A stretch of 64,000 nt of DNA from Candidatus Bathyarchaeota archaeon (GCA_963833125.1 CAWHWX010000001.1:32001-96000), one strand, 5' to 3'. Positions 21,886 to 33,317 are shown, counted from the first letter of the stretch. The notes: a model not told the origin generated them from the letters alone. A program made the numbers and translations.

Positions 21886-23208
21886 TCACTGCGGAACCAG
21901 TCGCCCTGCATTGGATTGGATAGCTTCCAAGTAGGCACCGAGTTCGTAAATGGTGACCACTTGAATGTGGGAAGAATTCTGTGAGAATAGTGGTCTTTCA
22001 GTTACAAAAAGACCAAGAACTTTCCGTTCACCAGCAATAACTCGACCTAGCAATTGCTTTTCCAGCTCAGGAAGAATATCTTCTTTGCCCAATCCATTTT
22101 CTCTCGTAACTTCTGCTCCCATTCCAGAAGTACTCCGTCTTGGGCAGAAATTGACGAAGCTCAGGAACAAAAGCAGAAGTCTTGCACTCGATAACGATGC
22201 ATAAGGGTTCAGTCTCATGTACGCCTACGCAATCGATTTGCCCGGTTGGACATTGGAATTCAGAAATCTCACTTGCAGCAAATCCAGATTTGCTCACTAT
22301 TTGCCGCACGTGAACCTCGAACGACTTCGCATGCTCTGCCCGTACTTTCTCTGTGCGTGGACCAATGGGTGACCAAAAAACTCCTCGGTTACCCTAATTG
22401 GAATCGCTCGGGCCAAAGTAAACAGCCCAACAAATGTTACACCGCTGGAAATAGTCAAGAAAGGATGACGTCCTACGCTGCCCTTGCGCCCGTAAATCTT
22501 GGTGTATTCGAAGATGCCGCTAGGCGCTATCGTCTCCTTGCTAGACCCATAGTCAGCGAACATTGCCTCCACTCTCTTTCTCTCGAGAATCGGATTTCTT
22601 AACAACTCACTGACTAGCATATTCCTGGGTTCGGACAATATTCGATACTTGGGAAAAACCGATAATGCAATCGCCTTCTCCGTGGCGAGAAGGTCGTTTA
22701 CAGAATAACCGTGCTTATTCATGAACTCCTGCTTGTCAGGCGTAACTTGACCGTCGAATGATGGCGATGCCTTCCTCTTTTCATGTTCGAGTTGTGTGAG
22801 AATTTTGGGGCTATTAATCATCTCATCCTCAGGGAAATGGATACTCCCGTCTTCGTCTATTACCAGTTCTCCTTTCACAAGCTCATAAGTGAATGCTTCC
22901 GCAGTTCTTGAATAAGCCATTACTTCACGTGCTACTTCTAACAAGCTATGGGTTTGTTGTGTGGACAAGTCCTCTACGCCTTTTCCACTGTAAACCGTGG
23001 CGACCTCGGTCAAGTAGATCGAGACTACGGTGTTACCATTCGCTGCCGCTAGCGAGCTTTCGATGGACTCGGGAGGCAAACGTGCTGCGAATGTGCTTAG
23101 ACCAAGCGGGCTTGAATAGAAAGCGGAGTAGTCGAAGTATGAGTATATGGTTGAAAGCAGTTTAGCCGTATCCAAAGGAACACATAGACCAATGAGATGT
23201 TGATGCAA
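21886..23208 (-). CDS. Large hypothetical protein with C-terminal PD-(D/E)XK (NERD/REase-like) domain; frameshifted
   Basis: ORFs 22297..23208, 22067..22309 (GQIDCVG...IVIECKT) and 21886..22218 (LGLFVT.RP) overlap consecutively. Confidence 0.6.
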
Positions 23209-23585
23209 TTCACTCGCTATCCTACTGAGAATCGCACCAGCATCCTTCCACGATAGTGCCCCGGATTGCCTGAATGCAAAATGGTCTCCTTTGACCGGCT
23301 TTTGTCAAGCGTCAAGCTATATCACGGATCGACCTAGAGTAGCTCGAACAACACGTGCGAATGAACTAAACACCCCCATTGATCCCCCAACAACAAGCTG
23401 CTTAGCCACACTGGCAACAACCACAGTTAAAACACAACAAGCGCCAGCGCTGGCTTATACAATTACTAAGTCATTGCACTAAACATGCAAGCAAACGTGT
23501 TCCTCTGCTTTGGTTAGTTAGTTCAAATTCGTCACTCGAATAGCAATTACTATGGAGAGGATGCCCGTAACCAAAAAGATAATCC

Positions 23586-23798
23586 CTAGTATCTCAACAT
23601 AACCGAGACCTGAAAGTTTTCCGATTGTTGCGATAACTTTGCAAGCATAAAGCCTGCTTGCGTCGTTAGAGAATACGCTTGACCTATTGTAGCACCAGCA
23701 AGCACACCAAAGAGCGTAAGCACCAGATCACGTTGTCGTTGAGTTAGAGTTCTCTGTATTCTTGGACTTTTCCTGCGTTTTGAATTATGGTACGGCAT
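23586..23798 (-). CDS. Small hypothetical membrane protein
   Basis: Basic N-terminus followed by a hydrophobic helix. Confidence 0.4.
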   Translation of the reverse strand: MPYHNSKRRKSPRIQRTLTQRQRDLVLTLFGVLAGATIGQAYSLTTQAGFMLAKLSQQSENFQVSVMLRY

Positions 23799-24054
23799 TT
23801 ATCTTCTCCTAAAACATGAATGCTTGCAATATCAGCGGCTTTCTTGCCTTCTAAGGCTTAATGTGGACCCATGTAGTCATGGTAAAATGGTAAGCCAGTA
23901 ATCCACGAAGCAACAGTTACGTCTTAGTCGGAGTGCGGTGGGAGTCACATGGAATTATCTTTGGGAGGGAGGTCTTTGACAAGTTAGGTAAGGTCAGCGT
24001 CTCTTCTGGTGGTTCTCGAGACTATTATGCTTGAATAGTCACGGCTGAGTTTAG

Positions 24055-24285
24055 TTACGTGACGTTGGGGCTTGCTAGGTTCTTTCTAGAGTTGGGGTTT
24101 AGAGACCATCCAACCACATTGCCCTCTGTATCCAACTTGACTTCAAAAGGACCCAGATTTTGGTCGCTACCGACATCCCCTCGAACCACGAAGAATGTTC
24201 CATCAAAAGCTACGCTCGTAGCATGGAGACCAAGAGCCGCATAGTTAGGGAATGTGGTCTTGAAGTATTTTGAGGCTATTTGCAA
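24055..24285 (-). CDS. Small hypothetical protein
   Basis: 76-aa ORF with beta-strand pattern FFVVRG...FEVKLDTEGNVVGW. Confidence 0.5.
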   Translation of the reverse strand: MQIASKYFKTTFPNYAALGLHATSVAFDGTFFVVRGDVGSDQNLGPFEVKLDTEGNVVGWSLNPNSRKNLASPNVT

Positions 24286-24558
24286 TGCTTCGTCGGTTGT
24301 TTTTTCACTGGCACGTTAAGGTACGCATAGTATGCAAGTCTAGCCTATAGTATCATTGTTTGTGCCCTTTGGTTGAACAAGAGTGTTTTGCCCCGCTCTC
24401 AGCCGCGTTCACTTATTAAGCGTAAAATCGGTTGAAGAATTCCAGAGTCTTGCTGTCTGTTTCTGCAAGAACTCGTCAAGGGTTAAGAGTTACACGTATA
24501 GAATCGTTCCACCTTCGACGACTACGAAAATTCGTAATGATCCAGAGGTAAACAGCTC

Positions 24559-25035
24559 TTGCGGGTTGAAAAGACAGTGAATTTCAAACTCAACAGGGAG
24601 CCTGTTACTGTCAAGTGTCCCCCAGCTTACACTTTGCTTGAAGTCCTCCGCGAGGAACTCCACGTTACGGGTCCAAAGGAAGACTGCGCCAAGGGAGAGT
24701 GTGGAGCATGCACCGTAATCAAGGACGGTGTACCCGTGTGTTCATGCCTCGTGCTCGTTTCACAAGCCGAAGGATCTGAAATCATAACATCCGAGGGACT
24801 CGTTAAGGACGAAAGATTGAACTCGGTTCAAGAGGCTTTCCTGAATGAAGGAGCAGTGCAATGCGGCCACTGCATCCCAGGCATGATCGTCTCCGCCTCC
24901 GCCCTCTTGATGCACAACCCGCACCCAACAATAGATGAGATTCGCACTGCCCTCTCGGGTAACCTCTGCCGGTGCACGGGTTACTCAAAGATCATCACAG
25001 CTGTTCAGGAGGCCGCGAAGCTGCGGAGGCGTTAG
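24559..25035 (+). CDS. Xanthine dehydrogenase family 2Fe-2S subunit (CoxS-like) 1
   Basis: CAKGECGAC...C, QCGHC, NLCRCTGY. Confidence 0.95.
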   Translation: MRVEKTVNFKLNREPVTVKCPPAYTLLEVLREELHVTGPKEDCAKGECGACTVIKDGVPVCSCLVLVSQAEGSEIITSEGLVKDERLNSVQEAFLNEGAVQCGHCIPGMIVSASALLMHNPHPTIDEIRTALSGNLCRCTGYSKIITAVQEAAKLRRR

Positions 25036-25040
25036 AATCG

Positions 25041-25923
25041 TTGATGCGATCTGAAGTTGACGTACTAACGCCCAGAAACCTCGACGAAGCACTGAATATT
25101 CTCCATGAAAACCGGAGTGGGCTTAAGATTATCGCGGGAGGTTCTGATGTTATTGTTCAACTTAGGGACGGCGTCATCAAAGCGAATGAACTCCTCAACA
25201 TATTATCAATCAAGGAACTGAGATTTGTAAGAAAAGACAAGGATCGAATCCACATCGGAGCACTCGCAACCTATAGCGACATCGTTCACTCTCAAGCAAC
25301 CCGGGACCATGCTTGGCCCCTAGTGGAAGCGGCAAGACAGATTGGAGCAATTCAACTTCAAAATACAGCAACTATAGGTGGCAACCTAGGGAATGCTTCA
25401 CCGGCAGGTGACAGCCTACCCCCACTCTACGCCCTCGACGCAGTTGTAGTCACACGAAGCAAGATAGAAAGACGTGAAATTCCAATCGAAAAATTCTTCC
25501 TAGCCTACAGAAAGACCACGCTCAAGCCTGATGAATTAATCGAGCAAGTATACTTCGACGCTCTAGGTGAACAGGACCGAGGAGCGTATGTGAAGCTTGG
25601 ACTCCGCGAAGCGAACGCAATCTCAATCGTGGATGTGGCAACCGTATTGAGGCATAGGGGCAAGAATGAAACGTTTGCTGAAGCGAGGGTTGCTTTGGGA
25701 GCAGTCGCGCCTAACATTCTACGGGCCAGAGAATGTGAACGCGCCTTGACGAACAAACCCTTGAACCAAGAGATCTTGAAGAGTGCCGGATCTCTCGCGG
25801 CCGACGATGCTAAACCGATAGATGACATCCGGGGGTTCAGCTCAGTACAGAAAAGAGGTTGTAGCTTCCCTCGTGTTCGAGGCGTTAAACCAGGCGCTCT
25901 ACAGGAAGAAGTGGGATGAGTAG
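25041..25923 (+). CDS. Xanthine dehydrogenase family FAD subunit (CoxM-like) 1; C-terminal frameshift
   Basis: AGGSD, ATIGGNLGNASPAGD; removing one G from a G-run restores DDIRGSAQYR... Confidence 0.93.
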
Positions 25924-26155
25924 GCGGTTGCTGGTCAAGGTCAAGGTTTTCGGTGCCCCATCTCTCGCACTCGAAAGAAAGGAACTTATTCTCGAATTGA
26001 AAGACAACGCAACAACCGAAGACCTACTTCAATCACTACCCGTCAAAGACAAGGATTACCTGTACGTTGTTCGCGAAGGTATCCGGCTAGATTCCAAATC
26101 CAAGATCAAGGACGGCGACGAAATCCTAGTCGTCCCACCGATCGCAGGGGGTTGA
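25916..26155 (+). CDS. MoaD/ThiS ubiquitin-like sulfur carrier 1
   Basis: 79 aa; DGDEILVVPPIAGG C-terminal diglycine. Confidence 0.9.
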   Translation: MSRRLLVKVKVFGAPSLALERKELILELKDNATTEDLLQSLPVKDKDYLYVVREGIRLDSKSKIKDGDEILVVPPIAGG

Positions 26156-28471
26156 AACAAATGACCATCAAACGAGAAGGGACGCAGTGGGTAGGGAAAT
26201 CAATCGTACGTAAAGATGGTCGGGGCAAGGTCACGGGAGAGACGAAATTCTTCTCCGATATGGCCCTGCCTAACATGCTCTACGCAAAAGTCGCGCGTAG
26301 CAAATACCCGCACGCGCTGATCAAGAAAATCAGCACAGAGAAAGCCAAGGCTATTCCTGGCGTTGTAGCCGTCTTAACGTACAAGGACATTCCAGCGGTC
26401 AATGGGTTCGGTATCTTGATCCCCGACCAACCCGTTCTCTGCTTCGATAAGGTCAGGTATCTTGGAGACGCAGTCGCCGTAGTCGCGGCTGAAAGCCTAG
26501 AAGCTGCAGAAAGAGGGGTGCAGGCAGTTGAAGTTGAGTACGAACCGCTTCCAGTCGTATCTGATCCACTCGAAGCGATGAAACCCGACGCTCCTAAAGT
26601 TCACGAGAAAGGGAACATCCTCCGACACGCAACGGTTCGAGTGGGAGACGTAGACAAGGCATTCCGCGATGCGGCGGTAGTTGTGGAGAACACCTACCGG
26701 ACTGGGCGACAAATGCACATGTACCTCGAGACCGAGGCAGGGATCGCGATGTTAGACGAGCATGAACGGCTCGTTCTCTACACCGGGGGCCAGTCCCCGT
26801 ACCGAGATCAAATGCAGATCTCCAGATCTTTAGGAATCAAACCTGAGGAAATTAGAGTCATCTCGACTCCGGTAGGGGGCGCATTCGGCGGGAAGGAAGA
26901 AAATACCGTCCAAATTCACCTTGCTCTGCTGGCTATGAGAACAAAGCGTCCCGTCAGGATGGTCTGGACGCGCGAGGAATCGGGTGTGGCGGGGATGAAA
27001 AGGCACCCGATGATTGTAACAACGAAGACGGCGGCCGACCGGGACGGAAGAATCTTGGCGAATCAGGTTCGAATAGTGGCCGATACAGGTGCCTACGCAT
27101 CCCTCGGCCCCACAGTACTTGACGTCGCCGTCGAAAATTCCTGCGGGCCATATCGCATTCCGAACATCGATATCGATGCCTACTCAATCTATACGAATAA
27201 CGGAGTTGCCGGCGCCTTCCGTGGCTTCGGCGCGCCCCAAGTAAATTTTGCAATCGAATCGAACATAGATATCATCGCGGAGAAGTTAGGGATCGATAGA
27301 CTGGAAATTCGCAAAAAGAATGTGCTTCGTGAAGGTGACATCGGACCTTTCGGCTACAAAATGCTCGGCAGCGTTGGAATCTATGAAACGCTCCAGAACG
27401 CCGAGCGCACAGATCTTTGGAAAAATAGAATGAAACACAAATCCAAAGCGTCAGCTCCATGGTGTAAGAGAGGAATCGCTGTAACAACAGCTATCAAAGG
27501 CTTTGGCTTCGGCGCCCTTCCCGACTTCGCTGCCGCCTCAATTCAAATCACACCGACTGGCAAATTCGTAGTGGGCGTTAGTTGCCCCGAGATTGGCCAA
27601 GGTGCGGTCACAGCCTATTCCCAGATTGCTGCAGAGGCTTTGCATTGCAACATCGCAGACATATACCTCGCCTCCGCCGACTCACAACTCTCACCCGATA
27701 CTGGGACTTCATCCGCGTCGATGGCCCTGGTCAGGGGCGGAAATGCAATCTTGGCTGCCGCGCCTAAGATGAATGAATTACTCCTCGACGTAGCCAGCCA
27801 GATAACTGAGCAGCCCAAAAGTGATCTTGAATTCGGCGAATCAAGAATCATCAGTAGAGAGAAGACTGAGAAATCCGTCACATATGTTGAGATCGCGCAA
27901 TCTCTCAACAACAGAGGCTCGGAAACAAAGATTGTCGCTGGGTTCGAAGTTCCGCGTGTCGACAAACCGGTCGAGGGCAGCATAGAAATTCCCCATTGGT
28001 CATACATGTACGCCACCGCCATTGCCCTTGTAGAAGTTGACACCTTAACCGGCGCCACGAAAGTTCTGCGATTCTACCTCTCACCAGATTCTGGTACCGT
28101 AATCAACCCACAATCGTACACGGGCCAGTGCGAGGGCGCAATAGTGCAAGGATTAGGGTTCGCGTTTAACTGAAGAAACACAGATCGATAATGGAGTAGT
28201 CAAGACAAATAATTTCACAACATACATCATACCCACCATCCGCGACGTCCCGGAGATGCAGATCGAGCCAGTAGAGACGTACGAAAAGATCGGTCCCTTC
28301 GGCGCCAAGGGTTTGGGAGAGATCGGCATAATACCCGTCGGATCAGCCGTCGCAAACGCAATCTACGACGCCACAGGAACGCGGCTCTTCACCCTACCCG
28401 CAACTCCAGAACGGGTTTTCCAAGCCCTCAGACGGAATGAGAATCGAGATGGCGGCAAGAGTCAGGGTTAG
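26152..28471 (+). CDS. Xanthine dehydrogenase family molybdopterin subunit 1 (PucD-like); frameshift near 28165
   Basis: GGAFGGK, AFRGFG, EIGQG, GQCEGAIVQGLGFA(LTE), GAKGLGE; one extra T in the T-run explains the split. Confidence 0.93.
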
Positions 28472-28724
28472 GCTATTTCATGAACTGAGGGCCGCCCTGG
28501 GCCAAAGCGAGATAGAACTTGAAGCCAATACCCTCAACGACGTCGTGAAATCGTTGATTTCGGCGAATGGTTCCGTGAAAGAGCTGTTTTTCGACGCACA
28601 AGGGAAGCTGCGCAGCTACACCATGTTCTACATTAACAATACTCCTCAAAATCCTCCGGAATTAACAAGGAAACTAAATGACGGGGACCTAATCCTATTA
28701 GTTCCAACAGCAGCGGGTGGATGA
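28449..28724 (+). CDS. MoaD/ThiS ubiquitin-like sulfur carrier 2
   Basis: VRLFHELR N-terminus; DGDLILLVPTAAGG C-terminal diglycine. Confidence 0.9.
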   Translation: MAARVRVRLFHELRAALGQSEIELEANTLNDVVKSLISANGSVKELFFDAQGKLRSYTMFYINNTPQNPPELTRKLNDGDLILLVPTAAGG

Positions 28725-28730
28725 GAATAG

Positions 28731-29615
28731 TTGCGCAGGTTTGACATGTTCGTACCGGAAAACCTAGACGATCTGATGCAGTATCTCGACTCACATCAAG
28801 CTGGAGTCCATATAATCGCGAACGGCACCGACCTGATCAATAGGATTCAGCGAAAACAGGTTAGTCCGAAAATGCTAGTGGACCTCACGGGATTAACTGA
28901 GTTCAGTTATGTGAAGTGGGAGGGCGGTATGATTAAGATCGGAGGCTTAACGACCATATCGGAACTTATTGCCTCCCCCTTCCTAGACTCGCGATATAAT
29001 GTCTTCCGAGAGGTTGCAACGAAGTTTGGCGGACCGTCGATAATTAACATGGCAACCGTCGCGGGAAACATTTGCTCCGCTTCATCATCAGAGGACCTGC
29101 TGCCAGTGCTACTGGTTCTTGACGCAGAAGTTAAGGTTCGCAGTATCCACGGAGAGCGAACGCTGCGGGTGGAAGATTTCGTCAAAGGAAAACGAATGAC
29201 CGACCTAAAGCCAAACGAGATCCTCGTAGAGACAAGCTTCAAGGAATTAGAACCACGTTCCGCCTGCAGCTTTGAAAAGGTTGGAATGAGAAATTCACTC
29301 ATCATAGCATTCGTAAATTGCGCAGTCTACCTGAAGCTTGCTGAGAACAAGGAGTGCGAGGAGGTTCGGATCGCATTCAACCGAGTTAACGGAAAGATTC
29401 CGCAGCGGGCACGACAGACTGAAAGAATAATGAAAGGAAAGAAACTGAGTGAACAAACCTTATCCGACGCCGTCGAAATATTGAGAAAAGAATTCAAGCT
29501 GACCTCAGACTTTAGAGTCTCGGAAGAATACCGCGTAGAGGTCGCATGTTCCATCTTCAAGCGTACGGTAGGCAGATGCGCGGATAGACTCGTTGGAGAG
29601 AAAATACTTGTCTAA
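28731..29615 (+). CDS. Xanthine dehydrogenase family FAD subunit 2
   Basis: ANGTD, ATVAGNICSASSSED, SDFRVSEEYR. Confidence 0.92.
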   Translation: MRRFDMFVPENLDDLMQYLDSHQAGVHIIANGTDLINRIQRKQVSPKMLVDLTGLTEFSYVKWEGGMIKIGGLTTISELIASPFLDSRYNVFREVATKFGGPSIINMATVAGNICSASSSEDLLPVLLVLDAEVKVRSIHGERTLRVEDFVKGKRMTDLKPNEILVETSFKELEPRSACSFEKVGMRNSLIIAFVNCAVYLKLAENKECEEVRIAFNRVNGKIPQRARQTERIMKGKKLSEQTLSDAVEILRKEFKLTSDFRVSEEYRVEVACSIFKRTVGRCADRLVGEKILV

Positions 29616-30087
29616 ACATTTACTGAAATTCTCGGTTAACGGCAAAGACCACGCTGTCGTCGTCCAATCACATGAACGACTATTGGACGTGTTGCGGGAC
29701 AAGTTAGGGTTGAAGGGAACGAAGGAAGGCTGCAGCACAGGCGACTGTGGTATATGTGGCGTATTGATGGATGGGAAACTGGTGAACTCATGCCTGGTTT
29801 TTGCAATTCAAGCCAGAAACAAGAAAATCGTGACTATCGAAGGGGTAGGTTCCGCAGAAAACCCGCATCCAATACAACGGGCGTTCATGAAGTGGAATGC
29901 CTCCCAGTGTGGTTACTGTATCCCAGCCATGATCTTGGCAAGTAAGGATCTGCTCGAAAAGAATCCCGATCCCACTACTGAAGAGATCAAGAACGCGACT
30001 CGCGGCATCATTTGCCGATGCACAGGGTATCTGAAAATCTTCGAGGCCGTGAAAACGGCTGCCGCTGAAATGAGGGAGGCCGAGTAG
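29593..30087 (+). CDS. Xanthine dehydrogenase family 2Fe-2S subunit 2
   Basis: GTKEGCSTGDCGIC, QCGYC, ICRCTGY. Confidence 0.95.
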   Translation: MERKYLSKHLLKFSVNGKDHAVVVQSHERLLDVLRDKLGLKGTKEGCSTGDCGICGVLMDGKLVNSCLVFAIQARNKKIVTIEGVGSAENPHPIQRAFMKWNASQCGYCIPAMILASKDLLEKNPDPTTEEIKNATRGIICRCTGYLKIFEAVKTAAAEMREAE

Positions 30088-32412
30088 TTGACTGATCATG
30101 CAGTTGTGAAGAAGGTGGCGCAGAGCCAACAGATGCTGGTAGTTGGTAAGAGTGTTGGACGAGTAGATTCACTCGATAAAGTACTTGGTAAACCAATCTA
30201 CACGATGGACATTGTACCAGAAAACGCACTCTACTTGAAAGTAGTCAGATCCAGTGTAGCCCACGCGCTACTCAAGCGAGTGGATTTATCGGAAGCACGA
30301 AAATATCCAGGCGTCGTAGCTGTAGTAACAGCTCAGGACATCCCTGGAATCAACGAGTCGACTGCCCTACTCCCTGACAAACCATTGTTCGCGACGGATA
30401 GAGTACGTTTTGCGGGCGAACCGATAGCGGCGATTGCAGCCTACGACGCCTCCATCGCCGAGGAAGCAGTTGACCTCGTCAAGATAGAGTATGAGCCCCT
30501 CCCATCAGTATTCTCACCGCTCGACGCAATGAAACCTGAAGCGCCCAAGATTCATGAGAAAGGAAATGTAGCAAAGTATCTGAAGGTTCGAAAGGGCAAT
30601 GTGGAAGAAGGTTTCAAGCAAGCGGACATGATTGTTGAAGGAACTTACAAGACTCCATTTCAGGAACCCGTACCCTTGGAACCTGAAGCCGGGTTCGTGA
30701 TACCTGAACCCGACGGTTCGGTTACTTGCGTTGGCTCCATTCAGAGCCCTTACCACGTGCAAACAGGAATCGCAAAGATCCTCTCACTTCGTCCCGAACA
30801 GGTTCGAGTCATTCAAGCAGCCACCGGCGGAGCTTTCGGACCAAAATCCGACGAAATCCCAGTCGACGTGCTTGGGATGGCGGCGCTGGTTGCTGTTAGA
30901 ACGGGGAAGCCTGCCGCCCTCGCCTACACCAGAGAAGAGTCCATGATAGGCCACACGAAGCGACACCCATTCGTTATCTCCGTGAAGGTCGGCGTAAAGA
31001 AGAACGGGAAACTCACAGCTTGGGAGACGAAAATGGTCGCCGACACCGGCGCGTATGCCTCGCTTGGTCCGCTGGTCGTAATCCGTGCATGTTTCCACGC
31101 AACCGGCCCCTACGTCATACCAAACGTCAAAACCGACGCCTACTGCGTCTACACAAACAACACGATGGCCGGATCATTCAGAGGATTCGGAGGACCACAA
31201 TCCCATTTCGCTGCTGAATCCCACATGGATGAGATCGCAAAGAAGCTCGGCATGGATCCGTTGGAACTTCGTTTAATGAACATGCTTAGGCCTGGAACAC
31301 TAACCGCCACAAGCCAAATGGTTGACGAAGGCTGTGGGCTCGAAGAATGCGTAAAGAAAGCAATTGCGGAATCGGACTGGTATAATAAACGTCGAAAATT
31401 CCAGAGTATGACAGGGACAAAGAAACGAGGGTTAGGAATTGCAATCATGTATCATGGCAACAGCCTAGGCCCAGAAGGCAACGACTTTGCCACGGTGCAC
31501 ATGCAAATTGATAGCGAGTGCAAGATCAGAGTTAGAACGGCGCTCACCGAGTATGGAACAGGAGCTCCATCCGGCTTACTTCAGATCGCGGCCGAAACAA
31601 TGCATCTACCCTTAGACTACTTCACTCTCGATTCGTCCGACACAGAATATTGCGGCGACTCGGGGCCGACGGTCGCCTCCCGAACGATAACGATAGGCGG
31701 CCGTGCTACCCAGATGGTTGCTGGAAAGCTTGGCCAGAGGCTAAGAGAGATCGCAGCATCGATGCTTGAGTGCTCGGCAAATGAGGTGGAATCAAGCGAA
31801 GGAATCTTCCACTCCAAATCAGCTCACTCAGTATCCTTCCGTGAGGTAGTAGCTCACGCTTATTCACGAGGGATATCTTTGAAGGAGTCCAGCACGTTCA
31901 CAGCGCCAAAATGCGACTACGACCCTGAGACCACCCAAGGAACGGTGTATTTGCAATATACCTACGCTGCGGTCACAGCGGAGGTTGAGGTTGATACTGA
32001 AACTGGACGAGTGCAGGTACTGAAGATGGTAGCAGCCTACGACGTAGGTAAAGCCATCAACCCGATTTCGGTTGAAGGCCAAATAGAGGGAGGTACGATT
32101 CAAGGGTTAGGCTACGCCTTAATGGAAGAAATGATCCACAAGAATGGGGTAGTCGTTAACCCTAACCTGGGAGATTACTATGTTCCCACTTCACTCGACG
32201 TACCCGAAATCAAAACGATAATCGTAGAATACCCAGGCCGCTTGGGACCTTACGGTGCGAAGGCCATTGGTGAACCTCCAATAGTCTTGCCGGCCCCTGC
32301 GATCGTGAACGCCATCGACAACGCCATCGGTGTGAGAATCAACGAGATACCGGCGACTCCCGATAGAGTAATGGCGGGGTTGAGGACAACCAATCAGTTA
32401 CGGAAGAGGTAG
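30088..32412 (+). CDS. Xanthine dehydrogenase family molybdopterin subunit 2
   Basis: GGAFGPK, SFRGFG, GPTVASR, GQIEGG, AKAIGEPP. Confidence 0.95.
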   Translation: MTDHAVVKKVAQSQQMLVVGKSVGRVDSLDKVLGKPIYTMDIVPENALYLKVVRSSVAHALLKRVDLSEARKYPGVVAVVTAQDIPGINESTALLPDKPLFATDRVRFAGEPIAAIAAYDASIAEEAVDLVKIEYEPLPSVFSPLDAMKPEAPKIHEKGNVAKYLKVRKGNVEEGFKQADMIVEGTYKTPFQEPVPLEPEAGFVIPEPDGSVTCVGSIQSPYHVQTGIAKILSLRPEQVRVIQAATGGAFGPKSDEIPVDVLGMAALVAVRTGKPAALAYTREESMIGHTKRHPFVISVKVGVKKNGKLTAWETKMVADTGAYASLGPLVVIRACFHATGPYVIPNVKTDAYCVYTNNTMAGSFRGFGGPQSHFAAESHMDEIAKKLGMDPLELRLMNMLRPGTLTATSQMVDEGCGLEECVKKAIAESDWYNKRRKFQSMTGTKKRGLGIAIMYHGNSLGPEGNDFATVHMQIDSECKIRVRTALTEYGTGAPSGLLQIAAETMHLPLDYFTLDSSDTEYCGDSGPTVASRTITIGGRATQMVAGKLGQRLREIAASMLECSANEVESSEGIFHSKSAHSVSFREVVAHAYSRGISLKESSTFTAPKCDYDPETTQGTVYLQYTYAAVTAEVEVDTETGRVQVLKMVAAYDVGKAINPISVEGQIEGGTIQGLGYALMEEMIHKNGVVVNPNLGDYYVPTSLDVPEIKTIIVEYPGRLGPYGAKAIGEPPIVLPAPAIVNAIDNAIGVRINEIPATPDRVMAGLRTTNQLRKR

Positions 32413-32425
32413 GGCTGGGGATCAT

Positions 32426-33241
32426 TTGAAGCTCGTTCCCGTTTACTCTGATAAGGCGTTACTTGAGGAGGCCCATGAGCTTATGCAAGCATCGCAGCCG
32501 TTTGCTTGGGTAACGATAATCAATCAAGAGGGGTCGAGCGCTCGACATTTGGGTTCATCAATGTTGGTAACTAGCGAAGGTAAAGTCATAGGCACAGTTG
32601 GCGGAGCAATTGCTGAGCTTCAACTTATCGAACAGTCAATGCAAGCAATTAAGGAAGGGAAACCGCGGACAATCAAGATACCGTTACCGGTTTGTGCGGG
32701 CGTCATAACTTGTTTCGTAAATGTCTTCCACGCCCCTGATCACCTAATCCTCGTAGGAGGTGGTCACGTTGCCCAACCAATTTCAAAACTGGCGAAGATG
32801 CTTGGCTTTCAAGTTACTGTAATAGATGACAGGGGTGAGTATGCGACGAAGGAACGATTCCCTGAGGCTGACAGGGTCATCGTTGACGATTGGGCCAAAG
32901 CCTTGAACGAAGTCAGCATAAATTCGAACACGTACATCATTATCCTAACTTACGCTGGAGAATATGATGAGCTAGCTCTGAGAACGGTAGTCGCTTCGAA
33001 TGCGGCTTATATTGGGATGATCTCGAGCGAATCCAAAGCTAAAGGCATTCTCTCGAAGCTAAGGCGAGATGGAATTCCAGATGACCTCCTGCGAAAAGTC
33101 GTAACGCCCATCGGACTTGACATCGGTGCTGAGACACCTGCGGAGGTAGCTGTAAGCACGATGGCCGAGATAGTGATGCGAAGAAAGAAAAGGACAGGCA
33201 AACCTCTCTCAATAGCGGAACGAGAATTGATCAAGTCTTAA
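32426..33241 (+). CDS. xdhC: XdhC/CoxF-type Moco maturation factor
   Basis: GSSAR, GTVGG, CAG, GGGHVA, YIGMI, PIGLDIGAETPAEVA. Confidence 0.93.
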   Translation: MKLVPVYSDKALLEEAHELMQASQPFAWVTIINQEGSSARHLGSSMLVTSEGKVIGTVGGAIAELQLIEQSMQAIKEGKPRTIKIPLPVCAGVITCFVNVFHAPDHLILVGGGHVAQPISKLAKMLGFQVTVIDDRGEYATKERFPEADRVIVDDWAKALNEVSINSNTYIIILTYAGEYDELALRTVVASNAAYIGMISSESKAKGILSKLRRDGIPDDLLRKVVTPIGLDIGAETPAEVAVSTMAEIVMRRKKRTGKPLSIAERELIKS

Positions 33242-33317
33242 CCAACCCAAATTCAATTTGGATTCGTCTCGGAGTCCAGTTATGCTCTTCGGGGCCTGAG
33301 GAAGAAACTTTTAGATA

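Noticed and set aside
15000-24550. Prophage or integrative element with att sites
   Set aside because: No integrase or structural genes; only an 8-nt match (ACGTTAAG) near the two ends, which is chance level.
28160-28180. Selenocysteine TGA in XDH large subunit 1
   Set aside because: The continuation is in a different frame; deleting one T restores GFALTEE.
24559-32412. Aerobic CO dehydrogenase (form I CoxL)
   Set aside because: Both large subunits have A/S-FRGFG rather than AYxCSFR.
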